DNA from: a virus
Lineage: Duplodnaviria; Caudoviricetes
Length of the DNA: 33,934 bases
Direction: 5' to 3' (one strand)
Virus record (IMG/VR): IMGVR_UViG_3300032296_000132
Coordinates: 1 to 33,934 of that record
In this document: piece after piece, positions 9,218-16,870 of the stretch
Position numbering within the stretch: the stretch's first letter is position 1
Layout of the letters: each line of letters opens with the position of its first letter
Translations under genes and position numbers: made by a program
Notes under the pieces: model-generated
Seen by the model: only the letters and a program-made list of their open reading frames with translations
Told to the model about the DNA's origin: nothing
Databases searched by the model: none

Positions 9218-10009
9218 ATGGCGAATATTGGAACTTGGCGTTCTATAACCCAAGTAGGTACGTACGAGCCATTTGAGTTGCAAGTCTCTCGTGGTCAAAT
9301 TCAGGGGCACAGAAATGTCACTGTCTTTGGATTCAATTCTGATGTAGACACGGCTCAAGTATCGGTTTGGCCTCTGGCTAGTTTAATTACTTTCCCTGCG
9401 GCTGCTTTGCAGATGACTGTCAGTTCCACAAATGCAAACGATACAAGCAACGGCACCGGTGCGCGTTCTGTTGTTGTGCAGGGTCTTGATGCCAATTACA
9501 ACGAAGTGTCAGAAACTGTTGTCTTGAACGGACAAACGGCTGTGACGATGACCGCATCGCTGCTTCGGGTTAACTATGCTTATGTATTAACGGCAGGTTC
9601 TGGAAACAGTGCCGCAGGTGACATTTATATCGGCACAGGTACTGTGACTGCTGGTGTCCCTGCGACCCCATACGACATCATTAAGTTTGACTACAACACC
9701 ACGATCACGGGCAGCTACACCATCCCAGCAGGGTATACGGGGTATGTGTCTCAGGGTCTGTTTTCGGCGGGTCAAGCAGGGGGAACCGCCCAAGTTGAGG
9801 GGCGACTTTTAACCCGTGGCACCGACAACATTCGTCGCACTGCCGCAGTCACGACTGTCAATAATGGTGTAGCGGACTATGTGTTTGAGTACCCGCTTGA
9901 AATCCCAGAGAAGACTACACTTGAGACAACAGCACTTGCTAGTTCCAATAACAACGGTGTTTCTTCGATGTTCATCATCCTGTTAGTTCAAAACTACATG
10001 CAGGGCTAA
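9218..10009 (+). CDS. Probable virion structural protein
   Basis: 263 aa, T/G/V-rich beta-type protein; SD AAGGAG. Confidence 0.65.
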   Translation: MANIGTWRSITQVGTYEPFELQVSRGQIQGHRNVTVFGFNSDVDTAQVSVWPLASLITFPAAALQMTVSSTNANDTSNGTGARSVVVQGLDANYNEVSETVVLNGQTAVTMTASLLRVNYAYVLTAGSGNSAAGDIYIGTGTVTAGVPATPYDIIKFDYNTTITGSYTIPAGYTGYVSQGLFSAGQAGGTAQVEGRLLTRGTDNIRRTAAVTTVNNGVADYVFEYPLEIPEKTTLETTALASSNNNGVSSMFIILLVQNYMQG

Positions 10010-10010
10010 C

Positions 10011-10265
10011 ATGGCTAAATCACCAGCATGGACGAGGAAAGAGGGCAAAAATCCCAAGGGTGGTCTAAACGCCAAAGGGAGAGCTTCTTACAACGCAGCG
10101 AATCCGGGGAAACCCGGTCTGAAAGCACCGCAGCCAGAAGGTGGGGCTAGGAAGAAGTCATTCTGCGCCCGGATGTCTGGGATGAAAAAGAAGCTGACTT
10201 CTTCGAAGACTGCTAATGATCCAAATAGCCGTATTAATAAATCTTTGAGAGCATGGAAGTGTTGA
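10011..10265 (+). CDS. Small basic phage protein (resembles DUF6321)
   Basis: GKNPKGGLNAKGR...RKKSFCARM...SLRAWKC; family assignment from memory. Confidence 0.7.
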   Translation: MAKSPAWTRKEGKNPKGGLNAKGRASYNAANPGKPGLKAPQPEGGARKKSFCARMSGMKKKLTSSKTANDPNSRINKSLRAWKC

Positions 10266-10267
10266 AT

Positions 10268-10510
10268 ATGGCAAATCCTGAAATTGAAACAGCGCGGGAA
10301 CTAGCTACCCATGCAAATGACATAGATCATTTGCAGAAGGATATGGACAAGCTCGTCCAAGATATGGAAGAAATAAAGAAGGCCATACAAAGTATTCAGA
10401 CAACTCTGTCTGAGGCTAAAGGCGGCTGGCGTTTATTGGCTGCTGCCGCAGGTGCGGGCGGTGTATTGACTATAATTGCTGAAAGCGTAATTAAACTTTG
10501 GAGTAAATAA
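10268..10510 (+). CDS. Small coiled-coil protein with C-terminal hydrophobic helix
   Basis: Heptad region followed by GWRLLAAAAGAGGVLTIIAESVI; the non-overlapping ATG 10268 is preferred over 10253. Confidence 0.7.
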   Translation: MANPEIETARELATHANDIDHLQKDMDKLVQDMEEIKKAIQSIQTTLSEAKGGWRLLAAAAGAGGVLTIIAESVIKLWSK

Positions 10511-11226
10511 TGGCTACCAAAAAAGTCAAAAAATTTGGTCGCGGCGGTGACATCCTTACTGGTGTTGGCGCAGCTTTAGTTGGCAAAGCTCTATACGACA
10601 AGTACATTGGTAAGGGCGACAGCAAAGACGACGACTATACCAGCCGGGTAAAAGAATTCGGGCGTAAAGGCCGGTTTCCTGAAGAAAAGACGAAAGAGAA
10701 AGCTGACACTAAAAAAGCTGATGACAAGGTAGCTGAAGACAAAGTCGAAGCTAAAGAGCTTTCTAAGCGGGGTAAGTTTCCATACGAGACAGAAGACGGC
10801 ACAAGCGGCGCTAGTCCTAGTGAGTATAAATCTGCTGCCCCTGTTCCTGCCCCTGCTCCTGTGATAAAGAAAGATAAAAAAGTCGCAGCCTCAACTACTA
10901 CGTCAGCGGGAAAATCCACAACAGGTCAAGGTAGCAGCACTACTACGGGAGTTGACGCAGGTATTGCGGCTGGGCAAAAACAGAATCTTTTAAACCAAAT
11001 CCGTAATCAGACGTATGAAGGGCAAAGAAGAAGCACAAGTGGAAGAGGGGCTGGGCGGTCACGATACCCAGCTTCGACCGAAACACCTGAACCACCTAAA
11101 AAGGGGGCTGGTCGGTCACGGTATACTACAACTACTTCAGAAACTAGGATGAAAAAAGGTGGTGCAGTGAAGTCAGCTTCATCCCGTGCTGACGGTATTG
11201 CTATTCGCGGAAAGACGAGGGCTTAA
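10510..11226 (+). CDS. Basic low-complexity protein with C-terminal RADGIA tag
   Basis: 238 aa; ends MKKGGAVKSASSRADGIAIRGKTRA. Confidence 0.85.
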   Translation: MATKKVKKFGRGGDILTGVGAALVGKALYDKYIGKGDSKDDDYTSRVKEFGRKGRFPEEKTKEKADTKKADDKVAEDKVEAKELSKRGKFPYETEDGTSGASPSEYKSAAPVPAPAPVIKKDKKVAASTTTSAGKSTTGQGSSTTTGVDAGIAAGQKQNLLNQIRNQTYEGQRRSTSGRGAGRSRYPASTETPEPPKKGAGRSRYTTTTSETRMKKGGAVKSASSRADGIAIRGKTRA

Positions 11227-11228
11227 TT

Positions 11229-12014
11229 ATGTCTTACAAATCTAAAGACAAGATCCACTACGATTCCGCCACTGGCGCAACCTTCAAGGAAGCATTCGCT
11301 GATGCTCGTAAAGAAGGCCAGAAAACTTTTGAGTGGAACGGCAAAAAGTACGGTACCAAGCTAAAAGGCGAAGACGAGCCAAAGCAGGGTAAGGTTAGAG
11401 AAGACCCTACGATTGAAGCTGGCACACGTCAGAAGTCCGTACCCAAGGAAGAGAAGAAAGAAGACAAGCGGTCTCGCGGCACTGCCGCTAGTCTTGCTGG
11501 CGCTGGTCTAGGTCTTGGCGCGATGGCTGTTCTAAGCGGCCTACGCGGTGCAGAGCGCGCCCGCGCGGAACGTGAACTGAATAAAGGTAAGGAATACAAG
11601 GCATCCCCCCGCATAAAAGATTTAGGACCCGGTGAAGCTACTTGGGAAGGTGAAGGCGGGCGGTATTACAAAAAAGGCGGCAAAGTTAAGAAGTTTGCTG
11701 GCGGTGGTATGTACGAGAATATTCCGGCTAGGGGTAATCAGAAACCTTCTGGCTCTGTCAGGTCGACCGCTACAAAATTACCCGATAGGACCAAGGTAGA
11801 CCCAGACGCACCTTCGCAAACTGTGCTTGAGTCGCTCCAAAACGAGCGCAAGAATCAGGAACAGGACATCCGTAATCGCAAAGAGCGTGAAGCGTATGAC
11901 AAAGGCGAAAAGACTCGTCTGAAAGACCAAGGCGGTCTCAAGAAGGGTGGTATGGCTTCATCTCGCGGTGATGGTATTGCTATGCGCGGCAAGACGAAAG
12001 GCAGGATGATCTAA
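11229..12014 (+). CDS. Basic protein with C-terminal RADGIA-type tag
   Basis: 261 aa; N-terminal FKEAFADAR...FEWNGKKY module; ends LKKGGMASSRGDGIAMRGKTKGRMI. Confidence 0.85.
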   Translation: MSYKSKDKIHYDSATGATFKEAFADARKEGQKTFEWNGKKYGTKLKGEDEPKQGKVREDPTIEAGTRQKSVPKEEKKEDKRSRGTAASLAGAGLGLGAMAVLSGLRGAERARAERELNKGKEYKASPRIKDLGPGEATWEGEGGRYYKKGGKVKKFAGGGMYENIPARGNQKPSGSVRSTATKLPDRTKVDPDAPSQTVLESLQNERKNQEQDIRNRKEREAYDKGEKTRLKDQGGLKKGGMASSRGDGIAMRGKTKGRMI

Positions 12015-12412
12015 TGCCAGCTAAATCTGCCAAGCAGGAAAGGTTCATGCAAGCTGTGGCGAACAACCCAAAGTTTGCAAAGAAAGTCGGCGTCCCTGTA
12101 ACTGTGGGACAAGAGTTCACTAAATCAGGAGGCGGTATGGCTGAGTCAAAGAAGATGGTTAAGAAGGAAGTCGACTTCATGAAAAAGAAGGGTGCTCCTA
12201 AGTCGATGGTCAAGCACGAGATGGCTGAGGCTGGCATGAAGAAGGGCGGTATGGCTAAATACGCTAAAGGTGGCATGGTTGCTCCATCCAAGATGGGTGC
12301 TGTCAAAACCGCTGCTCCTAGCCGTGATGGCGTTGCTGTCAAAGGCAAAACCAAAGGCATGATGCCGAAGATGGCTGGTGCTAAAGGTATGAAAAAAGGC
12401 GGCTACTGCTAA
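12014..12412 (+). CDS. K/M/G-rich small basic protein with degenerate tag
   Basis: 132 aa; MKKGG twice, YAKGG, and SRDGVAVKGKTKG. Confidence 0.85.
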   Translation: MPAKSAKQERFMQAVANNPKFAKKVGVPVTVGQEFTKSGGGMAESKKMVKKEVDFMKKKGAPKSMVKHEMAEAGMKKGGMAKYAKGGMVAPSKMGAVKTAAPSRDGVAVKGKTKGMMPKMAGAKGMKKGGYC

Positions 12413-12424
12413 TAGGAGGCAGGC

Positions 12425-12895
12425 ATGAGAAACGAAGACCTTTTAGCACTTGCTGCTTTGGCTGGAGGTGTGGCTGCTTTTAAAAATAAAGCAGACAAGG
12501 ACTATGCTGAATTGCCTGAGCAAAAAGAAGTAGCTGCAAGGCGTCGGACGAAGTACGACAAGATGGCTGAAGACCTTGGCTATCCGGTAAGTAAAAACAA
12601 AATGTCTGCCCGGCATGGTGGTCGTGACCCGCTCGCTGTGAGTGTGGACACAGTTTCTGAAAAAGAAAAAGAAGCGGCTTCGGCAAGACGGAAAGCCGCA
12701 AGCGAAGAGTTGAACCTTAAAAACACAGGTCGCCGTAAAACCCCTATGGTGGATAGTAGCGGCAACCCTATAACTACGCGTTATGGCGGTTACGCTCATA
12801 CTGAAGGTATGAAAAAAGGCGGTAAGGTGTCTTCTGCTTCCAGCCGCGCTGATGGTATTGCGCAAAAAGGTAAGACGAAAGGTAGGATGATCTGA
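12425..12895 (+). CDS. Basic protein with C-terminal RADGIA tag
   Basis: 156 aa; SD AGGAGG; ends MKKGGKVSSASSRADGIAQKGKTKGRMI. Confidence 0.85.
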   Translation: MRNEDLLALAALAGGVAAFKNKADKDYAELPEQKEVAARRRTKYDKMAEDLGYPVSKNKMSARHGGRDPLAVSVDTVSEKEKEAASARRKAASEELNLKNTGRRKTPMVDSSGNPITTRYGGYAHTEGMKKGGKVSSASSRADGIAQKGKTKGRMI

Positions 12896-13170
12896 TGATG
12901 GCCTCGCGTGGTATGGGTGCAATCAACCCTTCCAAGATGCCCGGCGGGAAAAAGAAAGCCCGTCGTGATGACACCGACTTTACGCAGTACGCTGAAGGCG
13001 GCAAGGTCAATGCTGCTGGTAATTACACCAAGCCCGGACTACGTAAGAAGATTGTGTCGCAGGTAAAGTCCGCAGCAACTCATGGCACGGGTGCTGGTCA
13101 GTGGTCAGCCCGTAAAGCGCAGTTGGTAGCCAAGAAGTACAAAGCAGCAGGAGGAGGATATCGTGACTGA
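12895..13170 (+). CDS. Small basic phage protein
   Basis: 91 aa; TGATG overlap; YAEGG followed by NYTKPGLR...GQWSARKAQ...YKAAGGGY. Confidence 0.8.
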   Translation: MMASRGMGAINPSKMPGGKKKARRDDTDFTQYAEGGKVNAAGNYTKPGLRKKIVSQVKSAATHGTGAGQWSARKAQLVAKKYKAAGGGYRD

Positions 13171-13426
13171 AGAAAATAAAACCCCCTCAAAATCAGAGTA
13201 CGAAACCGCGCGCGAAAGACTTGAAACTGCGCGTAAAGAACGCGAAGCTGAACAAGCGAAAAGCCCAAAGCAAAAACGGGACGAAGCTTTGCTTAAATTT
13301 GGTTTCTCTATGATGGGGCAACCTAAAAAAGAAGATAAGAAAGCTAAAGGCGGCAAGGTTAAGTCAGCCTCATCCCGTGCAGATGGCATAGCCCAGCGTG
13401 GTAAGACGCGAGGTATGATGAAGTGA
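13163..13426 (+). CDS. Small protein with C-terminal RADGIA tag
   Basis: 87 aa; GTG start with SD GGAGGA; ends KAKGGKVKSASSRADGIAQRGKTRGMMK. Confidence 0.85.
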   Translation: MTEENKTPSKSEYETARERLETARKEREAEQAKSPKQKRDEALLKFGFSMMGQPKKEDKKAKGGKVKSASSRADGIAQRGKTRGMMK

Positions 13427-13656
13427 AAGCCCCACAGCAATCGCTAAAAAACTGGGGAGACCAGAAATGGCGGACTAAGTCCGGTAAACCCTCCAGTAAA
13501 ACCGGTGAGCGGTATCTGCCGGAGAAGGCGATTAAGGCGTTGAGTCCTGCTGAGTATGCCGCTACAACGAAGGCAAAGCGGGCAGGGAAGAAAGCAGGAA
13601 AGCAGTTCGTAGCGCAGCCTAAAGGCATTGCAAAGAAGACAGCGGGGTTTAGATAA
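13423..13656 (+). CDS. Small basic phage protein (resembles DUF5872)
   Basis: 77 aa; QQSLKNWGDQKWRT...ERYLPEKAIKALS; GTGA overlap; family assignment from memory. Confidence 0.75.
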   Translation: MKAPQQSLKNWGDQKWRTKSGKPSSKTGERYLPEKAIKALSPAEYAATTKAKRAGKKAGKQFVAQPKGIAKKTAGFR

Positions 13657-14096
13657 TGGCTGATAAAAATTTTTTAGGGTTGGATTGGGAAAACATACCC
13701 ACACCAAAGAAAAATGTTAAGAAGGCTGATCCGGGAGAGCCGGGCAGTGAAAAATTTAAGAGAGTGTCTGCCGCTTTACGGCAAGAAACGCAAGAAGCCA
13801 AAGAGTGGGCAAAAAGGCATGATGAAGCAAGAAAAGCCACCAATGCAAGAATAAATTTTCTTGGTATTGACGACATGCTCAAAGCCGATGAACAAAAGCG
13901 CCAAGAACGTCTTGGTCGTGGTGGCGGTGGCGGTGGCGGTGGCGGTGGGGGCCGTGGCGGTGGCGGTGGCGGTGGCGGCGGCAGTTTGCTACGCCAAATG
14001 AACCCGCAAGCGCTAATATACAAAAAAGGCGGCAAAGTGCGCACAGCCTCGCAACGTGCAGATGGGATTGCAATGCGTGGGAAAACGAGGGCTTAA
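13656..14096 (+). CDS. Protein with poly-Gly tract and C-terminal RADGIA tag
   Basis: 146 aa; ends YKKGGKVRTASQRADGIAMRGKTRA. Confidence 0.85.
   Translation: MADKNFLGLDWENIPTPKKNVKKADPGEPGSEKFKRVSAALRQETQEAKEWAKRHDEARKATNARINFLGIDDMLKADEQKRQERLGRGGGGGGGGGGGRGGGGGGGGGSLLRQMNPQALIYKKGGKVRTASQRADGIAMRGKTRA
13914..13982 (+). repeat. In-frame (GGTGGC)n hexamer repeat encoding poly-Gly
   Basis: Seen directly; encodes G-R-G11-R-G10. Confidence 0.9.
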
Positions 14097-14837
14097 ATGG
14101 CATTCACTACCTCAGTATCGACGTTTAACCCAGACCTCAACGAGATATTCGAAGAGGCGTTTGAGCGTTGTGGGCAAGAGATGCGTACGGGTTATGACTT
14201 CCGTACGGCGCGACGCAGCCTGAATTTCCTGCTGGGGGAGTGGGCTAACCGTGGCGTGAACTTGTGGACTATTGAGCAAGGCTCGATTAACTTAGCGCAG
14301 GGGGTAACTACCTATGATCTACCTAATGATACCGTTGATCTTCTGGAACATGTTATTCGCACTGATTCCGGACAGGGTCCTAACCAGACTGATTTGAACA
14401 TCACCCGTATTTCGGTCTCAACTTACTCGACTATTCCGAACAAGTTGGCACAAGGTCGTCCTATTCAAGTGTGGATTAATCGGCAAAGTGGACAGACAAC
14501 AAATTTAATTGGCGCGACTTCGGCTAACCCACAGATTAATGTGTGGCCCGCGCCGGATCAGGGCACTACTTTGAACCCCTATTACGTGTTTTACTATTGG
14601 CGCATGAAGCGTATTTATGACGCGGGCAATGGTATAAACGTGCCAGATATTCCGTTTCGATTCCAGAACTGCTTAGTGGCGGGGCTGGCTTTTATGTTAT
14701 CGATTAAGTTGCCGAATGCCGATCCGGTTAGGTCACAAGCGTTGAAGGCAATGTACGATGAAGCATGGGATTTAGCTGCTGGTGAAGACCGCGAGAAGGC
14801 GGCTGACCGGCTTGTTCCACGTGAAATGTTTTTCTAA
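14097..14837 (+). CDS. Probable head-tail adaptor / tail tubular protein A-like
   Basis: 246 aa; ARRSLN...EWANRG, Y.LP.D, INVWPAPD and C-terminal helical hairpin typical of podophage adaptors. Confidence 0.65.
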   Translation: MAFTTSVSTFNPDLNEIFEEAFERCGQEMRTGYDFRTARRSLNFLLGEWANRGVNLWTIEQGSINLAQGVTTYDLPNDTVDLLEHVIRTDSGQGPNQTDLNITRISVSTYSTIPNKLAQGRPIQVWINRQSGQTTNLIGATSANPQINVWPAPDQGTTLNPYYVFYYWRMKRIYDAGNGINVPDIPFRFQNCLVAGLAFMLSIKLPNADPVRSQALKAMYDEAWDLAAGEDREKAADRLVPREMFF

Positions 14838-15250
14838 TGGGCAACAGATTTTCTAGTGCGAAAAACTCGATTGCGGAATGTGACCGCTGCGGGTTTCGCT
14901 ACAAGTTAAAAGAACTAAAGAAGCTGACGATCAAGACTAAGCAGGTATCGATTAAAGTTTGTAAAACTTGTTGGGAACCGGATCAGCCGCAATTGCAATT
15001 AGGAATGTATCCAGTGCAGGACCCACAAGCAGTACGGGAACCGCGCCCTGATAACAGCTATGTACAAGCCGGTTATACGGGGCTACAGTTGACGTTAAAT
15101 ACAGATTTTGGTGATCCGTCGGGTGGTAGTCGGGTGTTTCAGTGGGGTTGGGCACCGATAGGTGGTGCAAGGGCTGACGATACTGGGCTGACTCCAAATG
15201 ATCTAATTGGCGTTGGTCAAGTAGGCAGTTTAACGGTGGTAATTACGTAG
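14837..15250 (+). CDS. Zinc-ribbon-containing phage protein
   Basis: CDRC...CKTC; TAATG overlap with the upstream gene. Confidence 0.75.
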   Translation: MGNRFSSAKNSIAECDRCGFRYKLKELKKLTIKTKQVSIKVCKTCWEPDQPQLQLGMYPVQDPQAVREPRPDNSYVQAGYTGLQLTLNTDFGDPSGGSRVFQWGWAPIGGARADDTGLTPNDLIGVGQVGSLTVVIT

Positions 15251-15258
15251 GAGCAATT

Positions 15259-15420
15259 ATGGACAGCATGAAGAAAGTAGCCAAGGCGGAAGTCAAGGCG
15301 CATGAGAAGCGGATGCACAAGGGTATGGCTAAAGGCGGCGTGACTGGCATGGCGATGAAAAAAATGGGCCGTAACATGGCTCGTGCCATGAATCAGCGCA
15401 GCGGTGGTCGGGGACGATAA
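15259..15420 (+). CDS. Small K/M-rich basic protein (53 aa, missing from the ORF track)
   Basis: Hand translation MDSMKKVAKAEVKAHEKRMHKGMAKGGVTGMAMKKMGRNMARAMNQRSGGRGR; SD AGGAG; TAATG overlap with the next gene. Confidence 0.85.
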   Translation: MDSMKKVAKAEVKAHEKRMHKGMAKGGVTGMAMKKMGRNMARAMNQRSGGRGR

Positions 15421-15677
15421 TGGCTAAATACTCACAAAAGCAGGGCGGCAAAGAAGTAGGCCAAGCTGCTACTTATGCGGAGCCACATACTATGGATGGC
15501 AAAAAGATTAAGGGCGACCTGCCCTACGAAGCGGGCGCTAAAGTTATGACCGAGATGAATCCTTCTGTTGCTGGTATTTCCAAGGGTAATTACAAAGAAC
15601 CAAAGACAACTGGTATCAAAATTCGTGGTACTGGCGCGGCAACTAAAGGTACGATGGCTCGTGGTCCAATGGGTTAA
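15420..15677 (+). CDS. Small basic phage protein
   Basis: 85 aa; C-terminal GIKIRGTGAATKGTMARGPMG. Confidence 0.8.
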   Translation: MAKYSQKQGGKEVGQAATYAEPHTMDGKKIKGDLPYEAGAKVMTEMNPSVAGISKGNYKEPKTTGIKIRGTGAATKGTMARGPMG

Positions 15678-15679
15678 TT

Positions 15680-16408
15680 ATGAATTACACGGAACTGTTC
15701 AATACTATTAAGTCTTACTGCGAAAACGATTTCGCAGCGTCGTCCTTTACGGCGTCGAATGGCGGCGCTGTTGTGGTGCCTAGTAATGAGCAGGTCAATA
15801 CGTTCATCAGACAAGCAGAGCAGCGTATTTATAACTCTGGCAATCCGCCTATCCTGAAGCACAATGTTTACGGCGACTTGAGTCAGGGTAATAAATATTT
15901 GAACTTGCCGCCAGATTTTCTGGCGGTGTATTCGTTGGCAGTGCTGACTGACACGGCAGCGGGGGAAGATAGTCCGCAGGAGTTCTTGCTCAACAAAGAT
16001 GTTAGCTTTATTCGGCAGTCATACCCTGATCCGACTTACGAGGATGTGCCGCTGTATTACGCGTTGTTTGGCCCTAACACAGGGCCTAATGTACCACTGC
16101 CAAATACAAATTACACAATGATTGTTGCGCCTACACCTGACGAAAACTATCGGGTTGAACTGCATTACTTCCGTTACCCAGAGTCGATTGTTACTGCTGG
16201 TACGTCATGGCTTGGCAATAATTTCGACACAGTATTGTTGTACGGCGCGTTGATGGAAGCCATCATGTTCATGAAGGGTGAACAAGATTTGGTCATGTTC
16301 TACAAATCGCGGTATGACGAAGCGTTAATGTTGTACAAGCAATTGACTGACGGCAAAGAACGTCAAGACTCGTACCGTTCTGGACAACCACGGGTGCCAA
16401 CGGCGTAA
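15680..16408 (+). CDS. Probable second adaptor/tail-associated protein
   Basis: 242 aa; FIRQAEQRI, YLNLPPDFL, VAPTPD, LLYGALMEA pattern of adaptor proteins. Confidence 0.65.
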   Translation: MNYTELFNTIKSYCENDFAASSFTASNGGAVVVPSNEQVNTFIRQAEQRIYNSGNPPILKHNVYGDLSQGNKYLNLPPDFLAVYSLAVLTDTAAGEDSPQEFLLNKDVSFIRQSYPDPTYEDVPLYYALFGPNTGPNVPLPNTNYTMIVAPTPDENYRVELHYFRYPESIVTAGTSWLGNNFDTVLLYGALMEAIMFMKGEQDLVMFYKSRYDEALMLYKQLTDGKERQDSYRSGQPRVPTA

Positions 16409-16426
16409 TTTAATTAGGAGTTCTAA

Positions 16427-16858
16427 ATGGCAATTACACAATCACTCTGCACAAGCTTTAAGGTTGACCTCCTTAGCGGCACTATGGATTTCACGGCGGG
16501 CACCGGCGACACGTTTAAAATGGCGCTCTACACCTCGTCCGCTACGCTTGGCCCAACCACCACAGTTTACAGTGCAACTAACGAAATTAGTGGTACCGGG
16601 TACACGGCTGGAGGTAATACGCTGACCGTATCGCAGTCGCCGACATCAGGCGGCACTACTGCATTTATTTCGTTTAACAATACTACATGGACTTCGGCAT
16701 CATTTACTTGCCGTGGCGCGTTGATATACAACAGCAGCCAGTCCAATAAAGCGGTGGCTGTCTTCGACTTTGGTTCAGATAAAACTGTTGTAGCTGGTAC
16801 GTTTACCGTTTCGTTCCCAGTTGCGGATGCAACTAACGCTGTTATCCGTATCGCTTAA
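16427..16858 (+). CDS. Virion structural protein (fibre/tail associated)
   Basis: 143 aa; FKMALYTS...NEISGTGYTAGG; SD AGGAG. Confidence 0.65.
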   Translation: MAITQSLCTSFKVDLLSGTMDFTAGTGDTFKMALYTSSATLGPTTTVYSATNEISGTGYTAGGNTLTVSQSPTSGGTTAFISFNNTTWTSASFTCRGALIYNSSQSNKAVAVFDFGSDKTVVAGTFTVSFPVADATNAVIRIA

Positions 16859-16870
16859 TAGGGGGCAATC

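Noticed and set aside
11043-11124. Short duplication GAGRSRY in ORF 10510
   Set aside because: Real but only two short copies in a disordered region; no separate function is supportable.
11149-14096. Tag repeats as a CRISPR array, attC-like cassette sites or DGR repeats
   Set aside because: The copies are coding, irregularly spaced, non-palindromic and differ at synonymous positions; no cas, integrase or reverse transcriptase gene is present in the window.
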